Source: Neodothiora populina
Taxonomy: Eukaryota
DNA: 64,000 bases
Assembly: GCF_041146345.1 (NCBI RefSeq)
Contig: NW_027191404.1
Span: 1,798,001 to 1,862,000, forward strand
Reading direction: 5' to 3'
The first letter of the stretch is position 1. The number at the start of each line of letters is the position of its first letter. Below are positions 1 through 18,489 of this stretch, piece after piece. The notes below the pieces were generated by a model. The model was not told the DNA's origin. It worked only from the letters and a program-made list of their open reading frames with translations, and ran no database searches. A program made the translations under genes and the position numbers.

Positions 1-891
1 GACCTGATCCTCGGGAATCTCAATCTCAAAATCAAAAGTGGCCTTGAGGTTGGGCTCGTCGAAACAAGGGAAAGCGCGGCGGGCATCCGATGACTCAAAT
101 TGTGTGGAAAGCATGTAGTGGTACTCGGAGTCTCTAGGCACAGAGGCAGCGGCGGGAGCAGCAGGCTTGTACTTGGAGCGGTAGAAACCAGCCATGTCAT
201 TGTTCATGACACCGCTGAAGCTGATAGAAAGCACAGCTTTATGCGATTGGGGAATCTCCTGGTCGAAAGTGAAGGTGGTGCGCTGGTTCTTCTCATCGTA
301 GCTGATGTTACTAGCCCTGACGGCTTCCTGTGTCTTTCCCTGGCTGGTGCTGATCTCGGCGCCATGGATCTTGAGCTGGTGTGTATTGAGGACAGCTTCA
401 CTGGTGTTTTCCTTGATCTCGACCTCGATGTCGACTTTGCCTTGATAGGTCCATGATTCGAATTCGAGATCGAAAAGGGAGAGGTTGTAGTTTATAGGCT
501 TGAGACTATGGATCATCAGTCTCAATGGACTCGTCTATAGGCCCGAGTGATAGACCTACGTGTTGGGAAGAACATCTCTGTCCGACATGGTTTTGATAAG
601 AGAGCTAGAAGCACTACTTGAGCAGTGCCTGATGGAGGTAGTTCTGGTGAATTCAGAGCTTGCTGGAGAGCAAGGAGGCAAGAATCGACTCTTGAGCTCT
701 GTGGAATAAGCACGAGATGACTTCTTAGATTGACTCGATGGTGTCGCAAAAGATGAATGAGTAACAATTTGGGAAAAGTCACTGCTGGACAGACAGCGAA
801 ACGATTGCTTGAAATCGCTCCTGCCTGTCCTGGATGCCCCTCCCCCGCATTGACGCAGCCCTTGCCTAATGAGGGAGGTATTGACCCTCAT
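1..891 (-). CDS. M1-family (Ape2/Aap1-like) aminopeptidase, 5' part; runs off the window start
   Basis: Spliced translation (intron 506-559, GTAGGT..CATAG) reads MSDRDVLPNTLKPINYNLSL...MAGFYRSKY...STQFESSDARRAFPCFDEPNLKATF, the hallmark M1 N-terminal motifs. In-frame ATGs at 891 and 588. Confidence 0.93.
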
Positions 892-1423
892 TTGAGGCAG
901 CTACCAATTGTCAAACACGACACCTTGTGGTTCGATCTCCGCTATAGAACCAGCGTGAATTCTTTAGCTCAACTCGAGCACTTCTACACACTGGTGTGAG
1001 CGGCTACAGTCGGCGTAGGCCACTAATCTGCGAAGCCCTAAAGTATGGGGTGATCATCTTCAGAACTACCAGTCAGACAACCAGAGGCCCATTCGGACAA
1101 GGTCGTAATTAGAGAGGATCTGTCAATCAACCTCTCTCGTACAAGTCATCTTGCGTGGACGTCGATGAAGGGATTGGACGTTTGACACAGCACCGCAGGG
1201 AGAAAGGTTGCTGCAATTTTGGTTTGTCTACTCGTCCTAAATCGTGTGTCACGAATAAATCCTGAACCCCTTATATCCATGCTGTTCCGGTCCATCGTGA
1301 AGTCCAAATGTATGAAACCGCCAACTCCAATAGATGCTTCGTTGCAGAAAAGGCGCATTGCATGTTCTTCCTGGAAATAATACAAACTTGATCATATCTA
1401 CCTTCTATCTTTATTGCACTTCA

Positions 1424-1636
1424 CTAAAGGCGGATAGCAATGTCGAGGCAGGATATCCGCCATTCCTTTTTCCCAACAATCTCTCTAAACCACTCAGCTG
1501 CACTTATCGAAGGCTGTACATCCAAACTCGATTTCTTTCTGACCGCATCAACTGCGCCCTTCACCACCGATCCAGCTGTAGAATTGAGGACGGAAGCGGC
1601 AAGTGATGCGCTTTCTATGGCCGCATGTTGTAACAT
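1424..1636 (-). CDS. Possible small hypothetical protein (about 70 aa, MLQHAAIES...KEWRISCLDIAIRL)
   Basis: Short ORF with protein-like composition; no recognisable domain; start uncertain. Confidence 0.3.
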   Translation of the reverse strand: MLQHAAIESASLAASVLNSTAGSVVKGAVDAVRKKSSLDVQPSISAAEWFREIVGKKEWRISCLDIAIRL

Positions 1637-3291
1637 AGTTTTGGTCTGGGGTTCTGAAGTCTCATAATCGAGCGGTGGCAATGATCCGGGCTGTGACTCA
1701 AACCAGTCGCTGTGGAAGTCGTAGAGACAGAAAACGAGGATCGTGAGGAGGAGAGAGCAGTAAATGCATGGTCGATTGAGGTAATATGTTGCGCCGACGA
1801 AGAGGACAAAGTATAGAGGGGAGACATTAGAGCTGCTTACAATGTTAATACGTGAGTTCTTTGATCATGGTATAGCATGCCAATACATGAAGAAGAGCAC
1901 CGGTATCCATGTTCGTAGACAGAACATTGTGGCCGCAGCGGCTCGTTGTGGGCGGCTTGATACTTTGAGCAGCCTCAGTATTGCGCGCGACGATTACTCC
2001 CTAGCAAGGTAGCAAGGGATGCGCTCTATACAATATATGTGCAGGAACTCCGATGAAGGAGTGCTCAGGCTTGGGCAAAAAGGTGCTGTGATTACCCCGG
2101 ATGATGACCTTCAGATTACTAGAGCGCCAAGAGTAGCAACTTGATCTGATAAGCGAATGACGTCTGTCCAGATCAATAAGATATCGTCAGGTAAGGGGCC
2201 CAATGTAAATGCTCCCATTATTCCAATGACTAACCCAGCAGCTCGTACACGCATTCATACAGGCATCGGCTGTATATATGATCTAGCACACTTTGCTGGT
2301 CATGATTGACTAGAATATGGAGCATTAGATGCGCACAACGTCTAATGGAAGGCCATCAGACTGCTTGGCGTGCATGAACTTCCTATACTCATCGGAGGCA
2401 TCAGATGTCAGATGACCCAGGTCACTGAAAAGAGTCGTTCCCCATAATCTCGTAACAGTGTTCTGGGTCATGACAGCAGAGGCTTATTCATATATTCGAT
2501 AGTCCGTGGTGAACAATGATGGGTAGAACTGTGTACGAATGTGAATTTACCAATATGAAACGGGAAAGGCCATAATAATAATCGAATCTCACGACGAAAA
2601 CAAAATCCCGATACAAAGATGTCGAGGACATGGGAAAAGTACAGTGGAGCCCCCGATGCATGTCAAGCCCGTCAGCACCTAGCGGGTGTGGCGGAGATGA
2701 TAGGAGAAAGAGGATTGTGCGTAGTGTTTGTATCATATAAAGGAGAAAAGACGACCCAAAAAGGTCAACAAGCAGCAAAGACAGAAAACAGACAAAGCAC
2801 ATGAATTTTCCTTGCTCTGTGGGGTGATGATGGTGGTGATTGTCGTTGTTGCTGTAGTTGCGTGTAAAGTGTGCATGTATTGATTCTTGCGCCTCCAACG
2901 CCGTCATTCCGGGATTTGATGGTCCCATTCGTGCCTTCCTTCCTTTCTTTCCCTCGTTGCTCCCGCGCCTGACATTCCTTGAAGGGTGATAAGTCTGTCC
3001 CGCCTCATTCCCGAGAGCTTTCGCTTCAATATTAAGAGAGGTAAGTCTTCTCCCAACTCTTGTCCATTCTCTTTCGCCAGCTCGTGTCTTGAAACTTGAT
3101 ATCCTACCGGTCTCTGCGATGTGTATGCTTGCCAGAGAATTTTACAGCAGCCGATCGATCACATACTTCCTCTCTACCTATAGCAGCACACGCGGAAGAA
3201 GTCGGCAACGGCTTTTGAATGCTCATCTAACCATCTTCGTCACGTGTATTGCATAGGGGACAAAAGGCTTGCATTGGAACGAACACCCAAT

Positions 3292-4213
<922 letters not shown>

Positions 4214-5109
4214 GTTGCCTTCGGGAATGTTTAACTGACTGGAAGAGGGGTGTCGCGCGAGCGGTGTAGATGTGGGTATATGAGCGGCTTGTCCGGCGAA
4301 ATGCAGGCAGGGAAAGACGGCAAGCAAAAGTATCTGTTGTGTTGTGTAGTATTAGATAGAAAGCGATATGTGTGCCGGGGAGAGGGGGAAGGAAATGAAG
4401 CTCAATCGGGGGTGAATTGGCCTGGGGTAAGGAAAGGGTGTTGTTAAGCTGTAACCTGTGAAATGGGCGTGTTTAGGGCATTACTACGGAACACCTTTGC
4501 TGCCCCAGCATGCAGCGCATTATTACTCGCACTACTCGCGCCCTCCTCTGAGCTGCGCTGCCAACCAAACAACCATTCAGCCTTGAGGGTCGCTGCTTGA
4601 TGCCAAGACATCTAGGGGTCTTTTGTCTCTCTTACCTCGTAATCTTATCTACAGTACTCTCTGCCGTTACATTAGTCAAATACAGTAGCTGCTTAGTACC
4701 TTGCAGCATATTTTATGGTGTTGTAAAGATAGAGTATCCTTTCACTGTAGAGTACTCCGGTGTTGTCGTCCTCTTCACCTATAAAATAACCTGCGGCATG
4801 CAACGAGGTGCACGTACCATGTATCCCCAAGAGTGATGGGCATGATTCTGGCGATAAGTGAAATCGCGTTAGCAACAACCATGTGTTGATTAAATCAATC
4901 GACCATCTTCTGAGTCTACTCTTGTCATTCATAACCTTGCTGCTCGCTATGCTACGCACCCTGGAGTCGCAAGGAAAACATCTCGGCCATTTGATAACAG
5001 TAGATTTCCAGTACCGCAACAAACGACTGCGCAGTAACTAGTGTTTAGCCAAATAAGCTTCTCCACGGTCAAACGTACCCCCAGAGTGGCACATCTGGTA
5101 ACGGTCAAC

Positions 5110-8100
5110 ATGGACCGAGACTCAGATGGTCGTCTATTCATCCGAAGGGATGACGATGATGACAACGACTCGAATATCAGCCTTACCTCTACAGTGTCCG
5201 ATTCATCACAAAGCGAGTATGGTGTAGATAGAATCCTGGCCGAAGCCAAGTTGTCACCGGAAGATGGATACGGGGAAGTGCTTGAAGATGAAGAACCACA
5301 GATGCAATATCTAGGTTTGTAGCTACTAGATCAAATTGCCGAGAAAAATGTCGACTAATTCTCATGCAGTAAAATGGACTGGCTATCCCCTGTATAGATC
5401 CACTTGGGAACCTGGTAAGTCAGCTATAACATCGTTTACCGAACACATCGATGTTCTGGTACACATCGAGTTATTTACAAGTCACCATCCTAACTTCTAT
5501 CAGCGGAGAACTTCTTGGATCCAGTGACCCTACAGGAATGGGCGACTCGGAAACTGAAGGAGGAGCAAGGTCTGGAACCCTGCTATAACCTCGAGGTACA
5601 TGAGAAGAAATGCAAATTATTCGAGGAAAGGAGAGCTCGTCGCAAAGCCAAACGTAACAAGCTGCGAGAACTCAGAAGATTAGGAGAGGAAGCCTCTCAC
5701 AAGTCAAGAATCCAAGCATCACCTCCCACTAACATCTCCGGTACTATCAAAACAGCCACTCTGCTAGGCCCCAGCCTATTTGCCTCATCGTCTAGGAGAC
5801 CTTTACTTGAGGCGAAGCCAATAGACAAAGGAGATGGTCCTCCAGCTCTTTCCACTACTGGCTCCTCGCTCTCTCCGAGTCGGCCAAATTTAGCTGAGCA
5901 GAGTACGAACTCAGGGGCAGATGAATTTGGCGACCAGGCTCGAAGAGATCGAGCAAGTCAAGCGCAGGTAGCACACGTAGATGGTATGCATAGCATTGTG
6001 GACAAAGGCCATGCCCAGACGAAAGATGCCTTGGTGACACAGAAAGTCGTCCATGACACAAAGTCGTTGAAGAAGAAAGGCACTGCAGTGCTTAAGAAGA
6101 ACAATGACGATGCCGCTGAAATGGCGTCTTCATTGCATCCGACCAAACAGCAAGCTAGCTTAAAGCGCAAGCGTAGTCCATCAAAGGTTAGGTCCACCTC
6201 TGTTTCGTCGAAAGCAATACCGATTGTACGCAGGCAGTCTTTGGACTCGCTCTTCGACTCGACGCCTAGCGAGGTTGAAGACAATATCCCTGAGCCATCT
6301 CGAGAACAAACTTCGACATCTTCTGCGGGAAGATGTACGGACAACGCGCCGCGTGAGACATCGGCGTTGACGACGAATCCGGAATCCGTCACAGCTAAAA
6401 AGACGGTATCATTCAAACAAGCTCTCGAGGTTGCAAGGAGCAAAGCTGCAAATGTACCGAATTCAAGCATGAGGCTCATCAAGAGTGCTGTGACAAAAGC
6501 CAGCACGATACCTACGAGCACGAAAGTTGAACCAGTACCAAAGACTCAATCGAAGCCGTCAGATACCACACTGGCTCGTGTGGGGAAGAGTATATTTAGT
6601 GATTGGAATGAACCTAAAGCTCGCAACATACGCAAACAACGACTCGACACCTCTACCGGCTTTGCACCAAAGGATGCTCAATTTGGCAAGCTTTCACAGC
6701 AAAATGCGATACAAAAATGGGCCAGCCGTGAACTGCCACCCGATCCGCGCGCTTTACAGTACATCGATCCTCGCACTGGGAAATTAGAGAATCCAGTAGA
6801 TCAGGATCACACTTTGGTTGAGCGAGCCTCATCAAGCGCAAACGATCAACCTGATAGACCCACCTCTTCGAGAGCTCAGCGAAGTTCTGAACGCCCACCG
6901 CAGGAGCCGGGAAGCATTGTCGACCATGTGCAGAACTCTGCTGAGCCACGTTCATCCATAAAACCCAGTCAAGCATACATCAGCACAACTTGCAGGTACT
7001 GGATGAAGGGACATTGTGGTAAAGGAGCATACTGTAGCTTTGCTCATACAGATACAGGGCATTACCCACCCAAGAAACCGATGATGTGTCAATTCTGGGC
7101 CAAGGGCTGGTGCAGATTCTCTACTGTACAATGCGAGTTTTACCACGAAAACATAAATGCATTGAATGCGCCAGCATCTTACTTTGAACGCCATTACGGC
7201 CGGCGTGAGGACACCCCTGATGTCACTGGCGTACGACAGGGTGAGTCTCGCTGACTTTGGTTAATGTGTACTGACTTGACTAATCCGGCGTACTAGATGA
7301 TGTAGACCGCTTGAGAGAGCGAAAAAAGGCTTCAATCGATGTCTCACCCCCGATCAATACCATTGATGCAGATTCAACTGATCAAAATCGTTCTACTGTT
7401 TCACAGCCCTGTCGGCCATTGCGGGCAGCCATATCACCGGAAGCTACCATGGCCTGCGATGATTTCATCGGGCCAGAGTCTCTCCGAGACAATTCCAGCA
7501 CCTTTAATGATCAATCACTAATTGTCAGTCGTGTTGCTGACCCAGGTGATACTAACCACAATTTAAGCACTGAAGCACTCAGGGCCTCTATCAATCTGCA
7601 CGTTGCGCCTCAAGGTGGCAATGCCAGCATAAGAATGCAAGTATATCTAAATTTTGATCCCTCACCGGCTCGAAGGGAAAATTCAGATCGTATCAAAGAC
7701 GGCTCTACCCTTGAGGTGCAGCACTTTTGCCTTGCAAGGGATTTTAAGAACTTTGATTTCAAGGTAAGAACGTATCCTAAGGTCCTCCAATTCCAGGTGT
7801 GAGTAAGACTTACTCTGTTCAGGCCGATAGCTCCTGCTATACTGGCGATATTGTGCACGCGGAAGCGGATGCTGCATTCAAAAGTTTTGCCAACTACATG
7901 TTGATCAATTCCACGGGAGCGGTTATACAACACCACGACTGTCTCGTAATTGTTCACCCTATGAACTATGATGACTGGGACTTCATCGGACCACAAGTGA
8001 ATACAAGTTCTGGGCTGCGCTTCCTTGTGCAGCCTATGACGACCCCCATATACAGGATCTCCAATCTCGCAAGCGAGGAATCCTTGACTCCTTTACAACG

Positions 8101-9131
8101 TATCTGCCTGCAGCAATTTGACCTTGATCAGCGTCGTTTATTCCAACGCTTTGATCAGAAGCTCGAGAAGAATGTTTTCTTGATGTTTCCGTCCAGACAG
8201 ACGGTTGAGGTTCAACTGATCACTGCTTGTCTACTTGAGATGGGCGCCTCGGTCTACAATGCAGGTGTCCACGCGTCATGGGATCAATTTAGATGTGATC
8301 AAAAGGAATTTGCAAGATCAGGTGTCGTACTCTTTCACCCGACAATCACTCAGTATCACCAGATTCCGGCATTCAATTGGGTGCTGTTTACGACGCACTA
8401 CAATCTCTTCCAATTGGGAGTCGACTCGACACTGAGATGCCATCCTGAGGCGGCTACGAAGTATTCGTGCGTCAGACTGTTCCCACAGGGCGCAGTTACG
8501 CTCATTACCGATGATGTCTTTGAGTACCACCCCCACTTGGCGGTGGAGGTACTCAGAATTTTCGACCAAGAGTTGAATGTCAAATCCACAGTACGGAAGA
8601 ATGATTGTCTATTGACACGGCCGGACGTGGTAGAATGGCTGGTAGACCTGGTTGACAAATACGCGGCGGAGGATGATCCTGAACGTCACAAGAACCGACT
8701 TGAGCTTCTGCACATTGTCTTGGGGCTGCTTCCTGACAAGACCATCGACCCTTTTATATCTCCCGAGCCGCCTCGTCTCATATCTCCTCCATCAGCGGAG
8801 ATGCCCGACTATATCGGAAAATGGGATTACGACGAAGAGAGCGCGACTAATTGGCTTGTCGAGTGGTTGGCAGGTAAGTCCTATCTCACCGACTTCCTAC
8901 TGAGCTGTGCTAATGTTTTTACTCATAGGTTGGTGCATCTCAGAGCGGGAATCATTCCGCCGATTCACAGTCGTCCACGAACAGTGTCGCAAGCCAGAGC
9001 AGACTCCTGGGTTTTCAGCCATCAAGGATCCCAGGGGCTGGTCGAAGAAGTTCTCTCATATCAAAGTCATCAACGTAAGACTTTTCAAACAGCTGCGCGG
9101 GATCGGTCACAAGGATACTCGCGCGAAATGA
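5110..9131 (+). CDS. Chromodomain + 2x CCCH zinc-finger protein (multi-exon), Chp1-like architecture
   Basis: EYGVDRILAE...QYL/VKWTGYPLYRSTWEP chromodomain split by introns; CRYWMKGHCGKGAYCSFAH and CQFWAKGWCRFSTVQCEFYH; long low-complexity linker; globular C-terminal region in ORFs 7799-9131. Confidence 0.78.
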
Positions 9132-10035
9132 TGGAATGATGGCATGAAGCACACTATGACATGACGGTTCAGAGGGGTTCATCTCGTATTGGACTGAGAG
9201 CATGCATTGTCGGCGCATAGTACTATACCCACGATTTTCTCCATTTTGTTTTCTTTACAAAGTCTGTAGGTTTTATTCTACTTTCAGTGCAGCGAGCTGT
9301 GAGTAAGGTCGCAGCGATTCGTAGCCAGGAAGGCTTTGTGTTTTTTTTCAACTTCACGACACTCGCAGCACTCATGAAAGGTGACTGGACGAGTCGTCCA
9401 ATCCCTAGATAGATTAAACACCACGGAATGACAATGAGATGACACACATTACACGACATGTGCAAGAAGATGACTTCGAACTCATAACTCGAGGTGAACT
9501 CATCACTAGAACTGGACTCATCTCGTACTCAAGGACTTATCATGATCATCACTATTCCCAGACAAATCGTGTCTGACTTGACATCACGTCCCATGTACTT
9601 GAGAGACAAGTGACTAGACTCGTACCGGGAAGTAAGTCCCACGGCTGCGTTGCTTGTGGAGTAGATGGAGCGTACACGTTTGCTTCCATCAGTAGGTCAG
9701 GTAGGTTGTTAGAGAGTCACTTATCTGTTGTGATATCGAAAAAGCAAGGAAGGGTGATTCGTTAATGTACATTTTGTGTTATTATAGATATTGGGATCTT
9801 GGCGTATGTAGTATCGTTTCTCCTAAAGTAAGAGGCATATATACACGAGTCTTTTTTCCCGTACTAATCGTACAATCATCGTTGTTAACAGATAGCCCAG
9901 GATTCATTGCTTTTGATTGTTCTGTTTCGTTGCTTGCGAGCTTTTTGGATGTAGGTCTTCTACTAATGAAGATGGTACATTGAACCGAATCTAATCGTGG
10001 TTTGATACGAAGTTGGTTGCTTCTCGACTCGTTAC

Positions 10036-11659
10036 TTATGTTCGCTCGGCATCGGAGGCGTGGCCTGTGGGGCCTTGTGTTGTATCTGTAATTTGAAATT
10101 AGAATTGTGTTACGAGAAGTGAACATGGGACGAGTGAAAATGAATGAGCGAGGGAACGGAAGGCACTCACAATCAACCGTGACGAAAGCTCTGTCAACCT
10201 CATTCAGTCCTTCACAGCAGTACTGTAGAGTCTCGGCAATGTCATGAGATTTGTGTAGCTTGGTGTCGTCTTTGAGCAGAATGTCAATCTCGACCCAAAC
10301 ACCGTCGCCAGCGTGGTATGCAGTGATACTCTTGAAGCCCTCGACGACGGGACTGAAGCGGTAGCAGAGATACATGACTTTCTTCTGGAGATCAGTGTCG
10401 GCAGCCTGGCCGGAGAGACGAGTGATGTTTTCGAAACAGGTGCCTGCCCAATCATAAATAATGAAAAGAGACAGGAAACCGGCGCCGACGGGATCCAGCC
10501 ACCAAGTACCGGTTTTGACTCCGATGAAAGGGAACAGCAAAGACAGAGTGTTGAAATAGACATCGGTCTTGCAATCCTGGGCAAGCGCCTGCACCTGCGT
10601 AGTCTTGATCTTGACACAACCGAGTCCAATAATGCCCTTGATTATGATCGTGGCCAGCATGGCGCCGATGGCAACAGCAGGCAGCTCCGCAGTTTCATGC
10701 GGCGCGTCTGGCATTAGCTTTGTGACCGACTCTTGAAGGATCTGGATGAATGAGATGACCATGATGATGGAGAAGACGAGGATGCCTAGAGGTTCAAGAC
10801 GACGTCGTCCTACAGGGAAACGCTTGTTGAGAGCCTTCAGGCGCCACTGCACGAGACGATTGGTGGACCAGACGATGAGCGTGCAGAGCAGATCGAGAGC
10901 AGAATCAACTAGAGATGCGATCAGAGATAATGAAGACGAGAAAAATGCAGCCACGACCTATGGATGAGATTAGTTGTAAATCCAGCACTAGAGAACATCC
11001 GGGATGCACATACCTTTGCAATCAATAGCAAGATGTTGGCAAGAACGTTGATGTTGATAGCCCATCGAGCCTTTTTCTCCGCTTGCAACCTGTCCTTCTT
11101 GACGTCCTCAGGCAGGAACTCCCAGATGTTGCCGTCCTGCAATAGAATACCTCGCTCTCTTTCTCGGAGTCCATCACCGTCGGCGTCTGGATTGAAGGAA
11201 TCAAGGACATCATCGGCGAGATGCCTTACCAAGGCGTCTACCTCGGCCCAGTCATTCAGACGATTATTTTGGTCTTCATAGAAACTTCTGACTTTCTTGT
11301 TCTTGATGTCTTTGAGCTAAAGATACAATGCCATATTAGTAACAACTCATAAGTTCAAGAGATTACGCATGATACTCAAAACGTACATCTTGCTCACTTT
11401 TCCTGAACCTCTCCAGATCAACCTGTTTCAGACCAAAGAGCAACTGCTTCTTCAAGTCCTCTCTACGGCTGTCCTCGAGTGCCGTAGCAGCTGCATCTCT
11501 GAACTTGAATAGCTTCGGAGGTGAGCCACTACCATTCGCGGGTGCAGGACCACTCTCGAGGTCGTCGCTGTTTCCATCCCCATTGCCATTGGCATTGCTG
11601 CCACTAGTAGTAGCTTGTGATTTGGTGGAGCGATATGACAGCGCTCTTTTGCCTACCAT
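10036..11659 (-). CDS. Cation diffusion facilitator (Mn-CDF/MTP-like metal transporter), multi-exon
   Basis: SLVDSALDLL and AQDCKTDV DxxxD motifs, RRRLEPLGILVF, WWLDPVGA, HDIAETLQ; last exon VDYTTQGPTGHASDAERT*. Confidence 0.92.
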
Positions 11660-12287
11660 CTTCGCAGATCAGATAGTAGATAACCGCCTGTCTTGGCCTC
11701 GTGATCGACAGCCTGGCGTGGTGCTTTGGTGCCTGTGGAATTAGATATGATGACGTAGTGCCGAGCAAAGCGAGCCGTGAACCACTGGAGTAGGATGCAG
11801 AAGCGCGGGAAACAAGACTTTAGGCAAGCAATAGCGACGGGAGGACAAGGTATAGAAGAGCGGATATGTGTGCTACCAACTTTCTTATACTGTCCTTGTT
11901 GAGAGCCGCGAAATATGCGGTAGAAGGACGAGTGGGGACAACCGAGTAAGAAACCTGTTGTTCTGCTGCACCATTCCGGCTCAACCTTGGAGTCCCCAGG
12001 GCTCCTCAGGGTTGCTGTGGCCCCGAGGATCGAATGACGCACTGCTTGTGGTGGTACACAAATTGCATTTAGCTCCGCATCAATATGGATCACTCCCGCT
12101 CAATAGATGATGCGTACAAGTTGCATACGGAGCTTAAAGTCACTAAACGGTTGTGACACGGGTTAGCAGTGGAAAAGGCGATGCCATGTCCAGCAATGTA
12201 GTCGCGGGGGACCAGAATGTACAGTATGCTTGAATCGTCTGAGTGATGTTTAGAGACGCAATATATCACCACCAATTGAAAAACGAA

Positions 12288-12950
12288 ATGTCCAGCAGCG
12301 TGTACTCAGCCAACTCGTCCGAGTCCTTCGACTCAATCTGCGACCGCCTAAAGACGTTCCCCACTCCGCTATTGCCGCCAGGGAAGAGCTACGATGGCAC
12401 GCTCACGGACAAGATATCCTCACTATACTGTCACCCTGCCTTAGAAGCTCTGCTGCACATCCTCAATCTCGACTTACCTTCTGCACATTTCCTGTGCAGG
12501 AAAATGCAGTCCGCGCCCGCATATGAAGGCATGTATATTCATGGCCTGCTGCACAGGATCGAGGGTGATTTAGACAACACCCGCGCCTGGTACGCCGATG
12601 TGCAGGACAGCGATTGCTTCATCTCGGTTTGGGGGGAGGCTACACATGAAGAGAGAAAAGAGGCGGATAGCATTAAAGATCAGTACCGAGTAGGCAAGGC
12701 GCCTGCCCAGAAGCGTACGAGAGACTTTCTGGATGCTGTCGAGAACCTGCAGAAACATAAGCAGGGTGATAGAGAGGCACTGGAGAAAGAAAGCCGCCGG
12801 GAGATCAATGAGCTGTTGCGGTGGTGCAAGGACAAGTTCGGGGCTGGCAAGTGGGAGGATGCTAAGAAAGTTTGGGTCGGCAACAGCGAGGAAATCAAAA
12901 ACATGAGCCAGGACATGACTACTGGCGACAAGGGTCATAGACATTTTTAG
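12288..12950 (+). CDS. Conserved hypothetical protein (HRIEGDLDN..AWY motif)
   Basis: Intronless 220-aa ORF with LHILNLDLPSAHFLCRKMQ and YIHGLLHRIEGDLDNTRAWY, resembling a widespread uncharacterised family. Confidence 0.75.
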   Translation: MSSSVYSANSSESFDSICDRLKTFPTPLLPPGKSYDGTLTDKISSLYCHPALEALLHILNLDLPSAHFLCRKMQSAPAYEGMYIHGLLHRIEGDLDNTRAWYADVQDSDCFISVWGEATHEERKEADSIKDQYRVGKAPAQKRTRDFLDAVENLQKHKQGDREALEKESRREINELLRWCKDKFGAGKWEDAKKVWVGNSEEIKNMSQDMTTGDKGHRHF

Positions 12951-13333
12951 ATGAACTTATTCTCAATGTTGTCGCTTTGTGGTATGTTGGGTTTATTAGA
13001 ACCAACATTGTAGTTGGTATCATTCACGTGCGGCGCTGTCACTGAATGATTAATTTCACATCGAGCGCGGCAACCAGTCATCCGTGTGTGCACCAAAGAA
13101 ATTGGACAGAGCAAAAGTTCTTCTAGAGTACACAAAGCTTTCGCGATAAGAAAATCCAAGACCTCTCCTCCGTCTCACCCACATCATGATGAAACCATGC
13201 GAAACTCCCCATTTTTTCAGTTCTGTACAAAATGTCGCTGGCTCCGCGGGCGGTGGAAGAGAGAATCAGGGTATTGTAACATCGAGAAAAGCTCCCTTCA
13301 TCCCCTCATCTCCCTTTCTCAAACGCACGTAAT

Positions 13334-17394
<4,061 letters not shown>

Positions 17395-17790
17395 TGTGAC
17401 GGTGATTAAGGGAGTTTGAATGGTTTGAGAAGGATGGAGATGTCGGTCGTGCAAGAGACGTGGTCGAGGAGGAGAGCAGAGGCGAGCAAAACCGGAGGTC
17501 GCTGGTCATGGTCAATGCTCCAACCTTGGCACGACGGCATTTCCACTTTCACCCGAGATATATTCGAGGTGTTGCCCCATTAGCGCCATCGCCAGTTTGC
17601 TAACTCCGTGTCTCTGCGAAGAAGCGTAGCAGACTGGACGATCAAGCGTACTCGAAGATCACACGACACTCGACACTTTACGGATGGCTTCCAATAGCTT
17701 CATGACTCCACACCCGGCAGTGTAACAACCTACACACACCACGTCAAACTATCTACAGTCTGTATCGGTCGTTGCAAGACGTAAAGGAGA

Positions 17791-18220
17791 TCCGCGTACA
17801 GAGTTGACTTAGATGCGGAACAGGGCGGACCTAGGCAACACGGGAGAGGCAGGCAGCATCGAGTCCAGGCTCGCGCAAAGCTAGCCTCTCAATATATGGA
17901 ATGTAACCTCTGATGGGCTGTGAAGCAAGGCATAGAGGGCTTACAATGACATGTATACCATGAGATGCACTTGTCCTTGGTCGTGTGCCTGTTGATCGTC
18001 TTCTGCCTCTCGCAGTCGTTACAGAACCTTCGCTGCCGCAATATCCTAGTATCTGCGCCCGGTCTCCTCAAAGCTTGAGAGTTTCTTCCGCTCGCACGGC
18101 GGCAGCTTGTTTGTTGAGGAGGAAGAAGAAGAAGAAGAAGAAGAAGAAGATGATGATGAAGAAGAAGAAGATGATGAAGAAGAGAGGAGCTCTCCACGAG
18201 GGAACCATTTATACCTCTCC
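17791..18220. repeat. Dispersed degenerate repeat, copy 1 (contains a (GAA/GAT)n tract at about 18117-18185)
   Basis: Aligns by eye with 20769-21334 (direct; shared TAGATGCGGAACAGGGC and GTATCTGCGCCCGGTCTCCTCAAAGCTT) and with 25905-26080 (inverted). Confidence 0.85.
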
Positions 18221-18489
18221 ATTATACAGATTCACTTCCGAGACAGCACACGTCCTGCAGCACCTACACGTTGTTGGCTCACGTCTTTGACAATACTTTC
18301 TTCGTACCTCTTGCTACAAGTACCTCATGGAGCGGATGTAGAGGAAGAAAAGAGAAGCTTCATTAAGGTTGCTCATATACTCCTTCGACACTAACGAGCC
18401 CGAAGGCCTGACAAACCAGGATGTGGCATCGCTGTCTAAATGACAGCTATAGTCGAAAGCCTCGATAGGCCTCCTGGGGCCCTGTAGCT

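Noticed and set aside
2100..2149. Box C (ATGATGA) and box D (CTGA) pair suggesting a snoRNA
   Set aside because: Only about 50 nt, with no terminal stem or recognisable rRNA guide.
18117..18185. Poly-E/K/H ORFs over (GAA)n; likewise (CTC)n at 29140-29230 and (GAT)n at 43060-43090
   Set aside because: Simple microsatellites producing spurious ORFs.
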